Part shown: positions 43,169 to 50,759 of the stretch, piece by piece
How the letters are laid out: each line of letters begins with the position of its first letter
Numbering within the stretch: position 1 is the stretch's first letter
Source of the DNA: Oscillospiraceae bacterium
Lineage (GTDB): Bacteria; Bacillota; Clostridia; Oscillospirales; QAMX01
Direction of reading: 5' to 3'
Assembly: GCA_015068345.1 (NCBI GenBank)
Contig: SVKS01000003.1
Location: forward strand, 2,168-66,167
Length of the DNA: 64,000 nucleotides
Position numbers and translations under genes: made by a program
The notes under the pieces: generated by a model
The model's database searches: none
What the model saw: the letters and a program-made list of their open reading frames with translations, nothing else
What the model was told of the DNA's origin: nothing

Positions 43169-44533
43169 TTATACCATTTTTTCGGGATCCAGGGCCCGGT
43201 CCAGGGTCTCCGCATCCATGTAGCCCAGCTGGAGGGCCGCTTCCTTCAGGGAAAGCTCCTCCGCCAGGGCGGTCTTTGCCACCTTGGCCGCCTTGTCATA
43301 GCCGATGTGAGCGTTCAGGGCGGTAACCTGCATCAGGGAACGATTCAGATTTTCCTGCATTTTATCCCGGTTGGGCTTAATCCCCTGGGCACAGTTTTTG
43401 CGGAAGGAGGTAAAGCTGTCCCCCAAGAGGGTCACCGACTGCAGAAAATTATAAATGGTCAGGGGCATATAGACGTTCAGTTCGAAATTCCCCTGGGAGG
43501 CCGCCATGGCCACCGCGTTATCGTTTGCCATGACCTGCAAGGCCACCATAGCCGCCGATTCACATTGGGTGGGATTGACCTTGCCGGGCATAATGGAGCT
43601 TCCCGGTTCGTTTTCGGGGATGTAGATTTCCCCAAGTCCGCACCGGGGACCACTTGCCAGGAAACGAATATCGGTGGTGATTTTGAAATAATTTGCCGCC
43701 AGGGCTTTCAGGGCACCGTGGGCAAAAACCAAGGCATCCCGGGCGGTGAGGGCGTGGAATTTATTTTCTGCGCTGTAAAAAGCCGTACCGGTCAGGTCGA
43801 AAAGCACCGAAATGGCAAGCTCCGAAAATCCTTTGGGGGCATTGATACCGGTACCAACCGCGGTGCCGCCCAGGGCCAGCTCCCGAAGACCCGCCAGGCT
43901 TTCGGTGACCATATCCCGTCCCTTTTCCAGCATAACCCGCCAACCACTGATCTCCTGGGAAAAGCGAAGGGGGGTGGCATCCTGCAGGTGGGTACGGCCG
44001 GTCTTGATGACCTCATAATTTTCCTCTTCCAACCGTTTGAAGCAGGCAATCAGCTCCTCCAGGGGAGGCAGAAGCCGCTTTTCCATGGCCATCACCGCCG
44101 CCAGGTGCATGGCGGTGGGGAAGGTATCGTTGCTACTTTGGGACATATTGGCGTGATCGTTGGGGTGCAGGAGCTTTTCCCCCGCCAGGATATTCCCCCG
44201 GTTGGCGATCACTTCGTTGACGTTCATGTTGGTTTGGGTACCGCTGCCGGTTTGCCAAACCGAAAGAGGGAAATGCTCCGAAAGTGCTCCGGTACGGATC
44301 TCCCGGCAAACGGCAGAAATCAGTTCCGTCCGGCGCTGGTCCAGCTTGCCCTGGCGCTGATTGGCCACGGCACAGGCTTCCTTCAGATAAGCGAAGGCTT
44401 CGATCACCTCCGGAGGCATTTTTTCCCGGCCCACCCGGAAATTTTCCAGGCTTCGCTGGGTTTGGGCACCCCACAGGGCTTCCGCCGGGACACGCATTTC
44501 TCCCATGGTATCCCGTTCGATGCGATAATTCAT
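43169..44533 (-). CDS. fumC: class II fumarate hydratase
   Basis: GSSIMPGKVNPTQCE signature, TGSGTQTNMNVNEV, NDHANMSQSSNDTFPT blocks. Confidence 0.92.
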   Translation of the reverse strand: MNYRIERDTMGEMRVPAEALWGAQTQRSLENFRVGREKMPPEVIEAFAYLKEACAVANQRQGKLDQRRTELISAVCREIRTGALSEHFPLSVWQTGSGTQTNMNVNEVIANRGNILAGEKLLHPNDHANMSQSSNDTFPTAMHLAAVMAMEKRLLPPLEELIACFKRLEEENYEVIKTGRTHLQDATPLRFSQEISGWRVMLEKGRDMVTESLAGLRELALGGTAVGTGINAPKGFSELAISVLFDLTGTAFYSAENKFHALTARDALVFAHGALKALAANYFKITTDIRFLASGPRCGLGEIYIPENEPGSSIMPGKVNPTQCESAAMVALQVMANDNAVAMAASQGNFELNVYMPLTIYNFLQSVTLLGDSFTSFRKNCAQGIKPNRDKMQENLNRSLMQVTALNAHIGYDKAAKVAKTALAEELSLKEAALQLGYMDAETLDRALDPEKMV

Positions 44534-44553
44534 GAGATTTTCTCCGTTATTTC

Positions 44554-46413
44554 TTAAAGTTCAATACCAAGCTCGTTTCGGGTATCCACCGTGATGCTCT
44601 TGTCGTAGGGGTAGCGCTTCAGGGCTTCGTAGGTGGAGTCCGGAATTTCCGGGGTACCGGTGGAAAGGCTGGGCAGAAGCATATCCCCGGCTACATCAGG
44701 ATCGGTGCAGGCGGTATGATTGCGCCAGGCTTCCCGGACGGCAGGATCCCGCAGGTTGGGAATTTCCACGGTGACGCCACCCTTCATGGCGCTGATGAGG
44801 GCGAAATAGCCCGGCAGGAACATATCCATGGCTTCGTACACATCCACAATCACCGCGTTGCGGTTGCCCCGGAGCTTTTCCACCAGGTTGTGCATGACGT
44901 AGTAGTCGCTGCCGCCGTGGCCGGAGGCATCCGCCGCATCGCTCAGGCCGTCCCGGGTGCTGGTATCCACCGATTCCGACTTGTTATCCCCTTCTCCGGC
45001 GTCACAGTTGACGTAGAGCTTATCGGTACCACCGTTTTCCGCATCCTCACGGGCGGATTCCATGCGGCCCTTGGAGCCGTAGATGGAGTACCAAACCGAG
45101 TTTTTGGAGGGGCCTACCCCATGCAGGCTCTTGAGCACGGCACCGTTTTCCAGGGTGACCATTTCCACCCCAAAGGCACCGGCCATGGCACCCATGCGGG
45201 CCATGCGGGCGTTGAAGGGACCCTCGATCCCCACCACCGAAACCGGACGGCTCCCGGCAATGTGTACCAGGGGACCCAGGGAGTGGGTACAGTAGTAGAA
45301 GGCGGACATGGTGTTGCGCCAATGCTTGGGGCTGCAGCCGGTGAGGCCGTGCCAGCCGGGTTCGCAGTTGTGCATGTATTCCCCTTCACCATATTCAAAT
45401 TCGCCCAGGGCACCCTTGCGATAGAGGTCGTACATTTTCCGGGGAGCAGCCATGTAGCAGTAGTTTTCGGCGTAGGCATAAATCTTGCCGGTACGCTCCA
45501 CCGCTTCGATCAGTTCCACCGCCTCCTTCATGGTCTGTACCGGCAGCACTTCGCTGAGGACGTTCTTGCCGGCTTCCAGGCAGCGGATGGCGAAGGGAGC
45601 ATGGGCATTGGCGAAGTTTGCCAGTACCACACAGTCCATATCGTGCTTCAAAAATTCATCAAAATCGGTGTAACAGGCCACCTTGCCCTGGCCGTATTCT
45701 TCGTTTGCTTCCTGGAGCAGTTTTTCGTTAATGTCGCAAATGGCCACCAGCTCGGCGTTGCCGGCGGAAACGCAGTAGCGCATCATGGTGCGGCCCCGGC
45801 CGGCACCCAGAACGCCAATCTTGATCTTTTTGGCAAGACCCTTCCGGTAGATGGTGTGATAGGGGGTGGCGTCATCGTAAAGCATTTCCACCGAATCCAC
45901 CTTCAGGGTTTCCAGCATGGCTTCCCAGCGGTCCTGCATACCAAGGTCGTATTCCACCGGGCGGAAGCCGGCGGTAAGGTAGCTCTTCACGGCACTGACA
46001 CGCCATTCGTCGGTGGTGAGGGCAATGTGTTTGACACCCTTTTCGCTCAGGTGCTTCAGGGTGATATAGCTGAGAATTTTGGCAAGGCCCTTGCCCCGGT
46101 GATCGGTGCGGATGCCCACCATGTGCATATCTCCCACGTTGCCATCCATAACAAAGGCGGTGACAGTCCCCACGTGTTCCCCGGCGTAATCCAGGAAGAA
46201 CACGTCCTCAGTCAGGTTGATGTTTGGGTTATTGGTAATGCAACCATCGAAGGCTTCCACCCCGGCATCATCGGCGATGAGGCCGTTGCGGCAGCACTCG
46301 CACCAGGCGAGCTTGTCTTCTTCGGTTTTGTAGTTGGAAACGGAATACCCTTCAGGGATGGTCACTTCGGTAATGGGCGTACCGGCCAACCAGTACATTT
46401 TCAGCTGTGCCAT
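44554..46413 (-). CDS. fusion protein: N-terminal GNAT acetyltransferase domain + C-terminal Gfo/Idh/MocA-type oxidoreductase
   Basis: Residues about 60-185 carry HRGKGLAKIL...GFRP (GNAT). From about 195, KIGVLGAGRGRTMMRY...AELVAICD is a Rossmann fold, followed by the EKP-less Gfo/Idh/MocA-like body. Confidence 0.7.
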   Translation of the reverse strand: MAQLKMYWLAGTPITEVTIPEGYSVSNYKTEEDKLAWCECCRNGLIADDAGVEAFDGCITNNPNINLTEDVFFLDYAGEHVGTVTAFVMDGNVGDMHMVGIRTDHRGKGLAKILSYITLKHLSEKGVKHIALTTDEWRVSAVKSYLTAGFRPVEYDLGMQDRWEAMLETLKVDSVEMLYDDATPYHTIYRKGLAKKIKIGVLGAGRGRTMMRYCVSAGNAELVAICDINEKLLQEANEEYGQGKVACYTDFDEFLKHDMDCVVLANFANAHAPFAIRCLEAGKNVLSEVLPVQTMKEAVELIEAVERTGKIYAYAENYCYMAAPRKMYDLYRKGALGEFEYGEGEYMHNCEPGWHGLTGCSPKHWRNTMSAFYYCTHSLGPLVHIAGSRPVSVVGIEGPFNARMARMGAMAGAFGVEMVTLENGAVLKSLHGVGPSKNSVWYSIYGSKGRMESAREDAENGGTDKLYVNCDAGEGDNKSESVDTSTRDGLSDAADASGHGGSDYYVMHNLVEKLRGNRNAVIVDVYEAMDMFLPGYFALISAMKGGVTVEIPNLRDPAVREAWRNHTACTDPDVAGDMLLPSLSTGTPEIPDSTYEALKRYPYDKSITVDTRNELGIEL

Positions 46414-46544
46414 AGGAATATTTCCTTTCTATTCCCGCTTGTGTGGTGCGGGTTACTTGACAACATTATACCACTTCTTTATAATATAGGAAAGCAATTT
46501 TTCCCATTTATTTTGGGCAAAGGCCCAGAAAAGAGGATTTGAAT

Positions 46545-47330
46545 ATGGAACAGAAGATCGTTTTGGTGCTGGTGGACGGTATGCGCCCCGATGGGCTTAT
46601 CGGATGCGGCAACCCTTACGTGGAAAAACTTCTTGCGGAATCGGCTTACACCCTCTCTGCTCGGACCGTCATGCCCAGCTGTACCCTGCCTTGCCACATG
46701 TCGCTTTTTCACAGTGTGGAGCCGGGTCGCCATGGCATTACCTCCAACCTTTACACCCCCCAGGTCCGTCCGGTGAAGGGACTTTGCAACAAGCTGGATA
46801 ACGCCGGAAAAAAGTGTGCCTTTTTCATCACCTGGGAAGAGCTGCGGGACCTGAGCCGCCCGGACGAGCTCCATTATTCCCTCTTGATCAACCAGCACAA
46901 ACGCCGGGACACCGACACCGCCATCACAAACGCCGCCATCGACTATATTCTGGCGGAAGAACCCGATTTCACCTTTATCTACCTGGGTGAAACCGACGAG
47001 GTGGGCGGTCACGACGTGGGTTGGATGAGCGAAACCTACATGGGTTCGGTGAACAAAGCCATTTCCTGCACCCAAACGCTGATCGAAGCCCTGCCGGAAA
47101 ACTACACCGTCATCCTCACCGCCGACCACGGCGGTCATGACCGTTCCCACGGCACCGAAATGCCGGAGGATATGACCATTCCGGTGGTCATCCGGGGCAA
47201 GGGTTACACCGGCGGTCGGAATCTTGGGGAAGGGGTCAGCATCATGGACATTGCCCCCACCATCACCCACCTTTTGGGTGTGGCCCCCGACCGGGAATGG
47301 GTTGGCAAGATACTGGAACCGGAGCTTTAA
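46545..47330 (+). CDS. alkaline-phosphatase-superfamily phosphodiesterase/nucleotide pyrophosphatase-like protein
   Basis: LVLVDGMRPD, MPSCTLPCHMSLFHSVEPGRHGI, YLGETDEVGGHDVGW, TADHGGHD metal-ligand blocks. AUG at 46545 follows AAGAGGA. Confidence 0.75.
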   Translation: MEQKIVLVLVDGMRPDGLIGCGNPYVEKLLAESAYTLSARTVMPSCTLPCHMSLFHSVEPGRHGITSNLYTPQVRPVKGLCNKLDNAGKKCAFFITWEELRDLSRPDELHYSLLINQHKRRDTDTAITNAAIDYILAEEPDFTFIYLGETDEVGGHDVGWMSETYMGSVNKAISCTQTLIEALPENYTVILTADHGGHDRSHGTEMPEDMTIPVVIRGKGYTGGRNLGEGVSIMDIAPTITHLLGVAPDREWVGKILEPEL

Positions 47331-47340
47331 GGAGTCAACC

Positions 47341-47802
47341 ATGTTCACCTACGAATCGGTACTTCCTTTATTTGAAAAATGGATGGGGATTCTGCGATTG
47401 CAAAATGTGTGGGACGTGAAGCTTGAACTGATCGATGACCCCGCTTTTGGGAAAACGGGGGATTTCAAGGTGGATCCTGATGACCGCAAAGCCATCCTGA
47501 TGCTCAATGCCACCAACCCCAAGCAGGAGAATGTGGAAGAGGTCATCATCCATGAGCTTTTGCATCTGAAGCTGTACCCCCTGGATCAACTGACCGAGGG
47601 TTTGATTGACGGACATTACCAGCCAGACACCCCGGAATACAACACCATTTATACCCAATTCATGACCATGCTGGAGCAAACGGTGGAGGAAATGACCAAA
47701 TGCTTCCTTCTCTACCAGGGGGATGACAAAACACTTTCCTATGGCCGATGCAAGACCATGAAATCCTTCAATGATCTGTACGACGGTCTCAAACCCCTGT
47801 AA
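47341..47802 (+). CDS. small HExxH-motif protein (putative zinc metallopeptidase-like), unknown family
   Basis: AUG at 47341 follows AAGGAG, 10 nt after the upstream stop. VIIHELLHLKLYP contains HExxH. Confidence 0.55.
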   Translation: MFTYESVLPLFEKWMGILRLQNVWDVKLELIDDPAFGKTGDFKVDPDDRKAILMLNATNPKQENVEEVIIHELLHLKLYPLDQLTEGLIDGHYQPDTPEYNTIYTQFMTMLEQTVEEMTKCFLLYQGDDKTLSYGRCKTMKSFNDLYDGLKPL

Positions 47803-47896
47803 CCAAACTCCCCCTGATGAAATTACCTTCAGCAGGGGGAACTTTTTATTTTTGCATTCGTCCAACCTTACGTTGTATCTTTTCGCTCATCCCACC

Positions 47897-48190
47897 CTCC
47901 CTGCGATAGCAGGGAGAGAGAAAGAACGCCCCGGGCTGTGGCATATTTTCCACAGCCCGGGGCGATTCTTTGTTGTAGGAAACGGCTTTACAGGCCGGAA
48001 GACCCAACTCCTACGACCGTACCCGTCAGGTTCATCTCCGTAGAACGGGGGTTTACTCCCGCCGTGCAGGAGACCAACCCATGCAAAACACCCCTCCTGC
48101 GGCACGTGCCCTCCGCAGGGACACCCGTCCCTCTTTGCCTCTCCCTTTGGGAGAGGTGGATTCGCCGTAGGCGAAGACGGAGAGGGCCGT
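47897..48190. repeat. GC-rich cluster of consecutive hairpins (REP-like intergenic element), includes a 15-bp-stem hairpin at 47927-47964
   Basis: Hairpins: ctccctgc-gata-gcagggag (47897-47916), cgccccgggctgtgg-catatttt-ccacagcccggggcg (47927-47964), gcaggag...ctcctgc (48066-48100), cctctccc-ttt-gggagagg (48138-48156), ttcgc-cgtag-gcgaa (48161-48175). No credible CDS. Confidence 0.6.
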
Positions 48191-48297
48191 TGCAAGACAT
48201 TCGAAATCATCTTAATAAAATCTTAATAATTTTTCCTTGCATTATGGGATATACCATGTTATGATAAAACTATAAAAGGTATAAGGAGGAAACCAAC

Positions 48298-50646
48298 ATG
48301 AAACACACCTGCGATCGCATCACTGCTTTGTTTCTCGTCTTGCTTATGACTGCTTCCCTCCTTGCATCCTGCTCGGGGGAGGCGGATAAAGCCTCCGATG
48401 AACCCAAAACGGTTGCTGTGTACGATGATTACGTGGCAAACACCATCGACCTTGGTCTTGCAGAGGACGAGGCTGTGATAGAGGTGATCGAGGTCGACGG
48501 TAAAATTCGTGCCACCATCGGAACGGATGGAAATAAAACTGAGATCGACGGTATCGAAATTTCATTGGGAAACAATGTTTTTGATATCAACGAACCCTAT
48601 TCTACCGAATACCGCTATTATGACAAGGACTTTGTGGAGGATACCCAAAAGCGAGAGAAGACGAAGTCTTCCCACGAAGTTGCCCTGCTTGCCGACCCGA
48701 CAGTGGACTTTACATATGGTGCTGAACCTTTGCTTTATACCTACGATAGTGGGATCCCTTGCTATTTTGGGGTGGAGTACTTCTTCTATCGGGATGGGGA
48801 AGTCCAGGAAGGGGTTATTATTCCAGAGGAATATGCAGATGTAGATGGCATGGTATACGAGCATTATAATGCCAGGGCCCACATCATGCTCCATGAAGAC
48901 GTAATATATGCCGGAATCAATTACGATTGCTCTTTCTCCTGGGACCTGTTTGTTAACGACCATTTCGTAGAAATGCCCACCTGGCGACCCGGTGCCCCGG
49001 AATACATCTTCTGCGGGTTGATCGGAGTTGACGGGATTCCCTACGGCCTGGTTCACGTGTGGGAAAACGACAAAAATGGTCAGGTGGTGAATACGCTGTG
49101 GGAAGAAACCAGAATGGTCCCCCTGACCCCTGAAACCACCGAATTACCCCTGGAGGGCACCAAAATTGGCGGTATTGCCACCGGCGGGGCCTTCAGCGAT
49201 GGGAAATACGGCTACTATATGTGCGGCAGTGAGCTTTGGCGAACCGACGGCAAGGAAAGCAAGCGGATTGCCGACCTGATTTTCAATGGTGTCAACGAAA
49301 TGTCCAAGGTGCGCGCGGTGCGCCCCCTTTCGGATGGGCGCATTCTGGTGGTTGTAGGTAGAGAGTTGATCGAGCTATCCCCCAAAAAGGATGGCACAGG
49401 CGACGAACGAAAGGTGTTTACAATTGGGGTGCTCAATCTGTTTGGAGACCCCGACGAATTGATTCTTACCTTGTCGAAATTCAATCGCATCTCGGATGAA
49501 GCAGCCTTTGTGGTGAAGGAATTTGATAACAAAGCCAGCCTGAATCTGGCTATTCTTTCCGGGGAAATTGCTATGGTGGCCACCCGGGATCAGTTCATGC
49601 TGAAAAATTACATCAAGCAGGAGCTTCTTTTGCCCCTGGAGGAGGTTGCGCCCGAGCTGTTTGAACAGGACGTTTTGATCGAAAGCGTTGTGGATGCCAC
49701 AAAGGTGAACGGGACCTGCTATTATCTGCCGCGGCACTTCGAAATTCGTGCGATAGCCACCGATCCCAGTGTTTTGGAAGAGGGGCAGACCTTCGAAACC
49801 CGGCAGGAGTATTACGATTTCCTATTGGAAAAGGATCCAGAGGGTTTGAAAATAGCTCTCAAAAGGGATTGGTTTGTGTACTATGCTCAGGAGATTGACG
49901 AATGGATCAATTTTGAAAGCAACACCGCCCATTTTGATGACGGCAGCTTTGAAGCATTGTTGGAGTTTTGCAATCACGGCGGCACCCAGGACGAGGTGGA
50001 TTTTTATACCATGAATCCGTCCTCGACCCGAGTATACAATAGTTCGATGCAGTTGCTGGGTTCCATACAGAGCAACTACTTCACCGACGTGAAGGCCGCC
50101 AAGGAGTATCAGGCAAATCCACCCCAATTGATACAGGCACCAAGGGTTATCTATCCCATGCCCTCCTCGGTTCACGATGGGTATGAGATGTTTGCCCGTC
50201 ATTATTTCGCCGTGGTGGACAACGAAGTGTCCCGGGAAGCGGCAGGGGATTTCCTGCGGTGGCACTTCCTGGAAGATGTGGTTGAAGAGTTCCCGATGAA
50301 TGAGAGGTTTGCACCGATGACCTCGTATGGAACAAGTGCCTTTTCGGTCAACCGGGACGAAACCGACCGGTATCTTGCACGGAATATCAACAGCCACATC
50401 GAGGTGGAAGAGGTGAACGATGAAAACTTCTATGACGTGCTCTACAATATGATGTGCGGACAGGAGCAGTACGACAAGACCTGGGAAATCATCCGTCAGG
50501 CCGACCACTTCCAGTATTTCCGGAACGAAGTCTTTGACGTGATGTACGAAGAAGCGGGACGGTACTTTGCGGGAAATATTACCGCCAAACAAGCCGCCGA
50601 TTACGTGCAAAACCGCATTTCCCTCTACCTTGCGGAGCAGGGGTAA
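48298..50646 (+). CDS. 782-aa lipoprotein: unknown N-terminal half + extracellular solute-binding-protein-like C-terminal half (paralogue 1)
   Basis: LLMTASLLASC|S lipobox; SD AAGGAGG. Mid-region LNLAILSGEIAMVATRDQFMLKNYIKQELLLPLEE and tail AGRYFAGNITAKQAADYVQNRISLYLAEQG resemble family-1 SBPs. The N-terminal about 350 aa is unrecognised. Confidence 0.55.
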   Translation: MKHTCDRITALFLVLLMTASLLASCSGEADKASDEPKTVAVYDDYVANTIDLGLAEDEAVIEVIEVDGKIRATIGTDGNKTEIDGIEISLGNNVFDINEPYSTEYRYYDKDFVEDTQKREKTKSSHEVALLADPTVDFTYGAEPLLYTYDSGIPCYFGVEYFFYRDGEVQEGVIIPEEYADVDGMVYEHYNARAHIMLHEDVIYAGINYDCSFSWDLFVNDHFVEMPTWRPGAPEYIFCGLIGVDGIPYGLVHVWENDKNGQVVNTLWEETRMVPLTPETTELPLEGTKIGGIATGGAFSDGKYGYYMCGSELWRTDGKESKRIADLIFNGVNEMSKVRAVRPLSDGRILVVVGRELIELSPKKDGTGDERKVFTIGVLNLFGDPDELILTLSKFNRISDEAAFVVKEFDNKASLNLAILSGEIAMVATRDQFMLKNYIKQELLLPLEEVAPELFEQDVLIESVVDATKVNGTCYYLPRHFEIRAIATDPSVLEEGQTFETRQEYYDFLLEKDPEGLKIALKRDWFVYYAQEIDEWINFESNTAHFDDGSFEALLEFCNHGGTQDEVDFYTMNPSSTRVYNSSMQLLGSIQSNYFTDVKAAKEYQANPPQLIQAPRVIYPMPSSVHDGYEMFARHYFAVVDNEVSREAAGDFLRWHFLEDVVEEFPMNERFAPMTSYGTSAFSVNRDETDRYLARNINSHIEVEEVNDENFYDVLYNMMCGQEQYDKTWEIIRQADHFQYFRNEVFDVMYEEAGRYFAGNITAKQAADYVQNRISLYLAEQG

Positions 50647-50759
50647 ATCTCTAAACCCTGTTCCATGTGGAAGAATTTGAACCTTCCCGGAAAACGTCAT
50701 GGAATGGAATTGACAAGGGAAAAGCACGAAAGAAAAATAAAGTACCGAAAGGATGGAAT

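Noticed and set aside
19747-43215. Long N-terminal extensions in the ORF track for several minus-strand genes (starts at 20340, 26573, 29251, 39816, 40931, 41962, 43215)
   Set aside because: The extensions overlap upstream genes or promoters and lack SD sites. Internal AUGs with strong SDs give canonical N-termini (signal peptides, MYYLRRTWAEIDL for Alr, MTLNERSLALH for malic enzyme).
42767-44557. 596-aa ORF on the plus strand
   Set aside because: It is antisense to fumC (GSSIMPGKVNPTQCE signature on the minus strand) and to part of the malic enzyme gene.
44716-46542. 608-aa ORF on the plus strand
   Set aside because: It is antisense to the GNAT-Gfo/Idh/MocA fusion gene, which has clear Rossmann and GNAT motifs. 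No recognisable domain and a biased composition.
47887-48264. ORFs of 107, 108, 90 and 70 aa over the 47.8-48.3 kb intergenic region (and 53162-53404)
   Set aside because: They are Pro/Gly/Arg-rich translations of back-to-back hairpins on both strands, with no SD. They are artefacts of palindromic GC-rich repeats.
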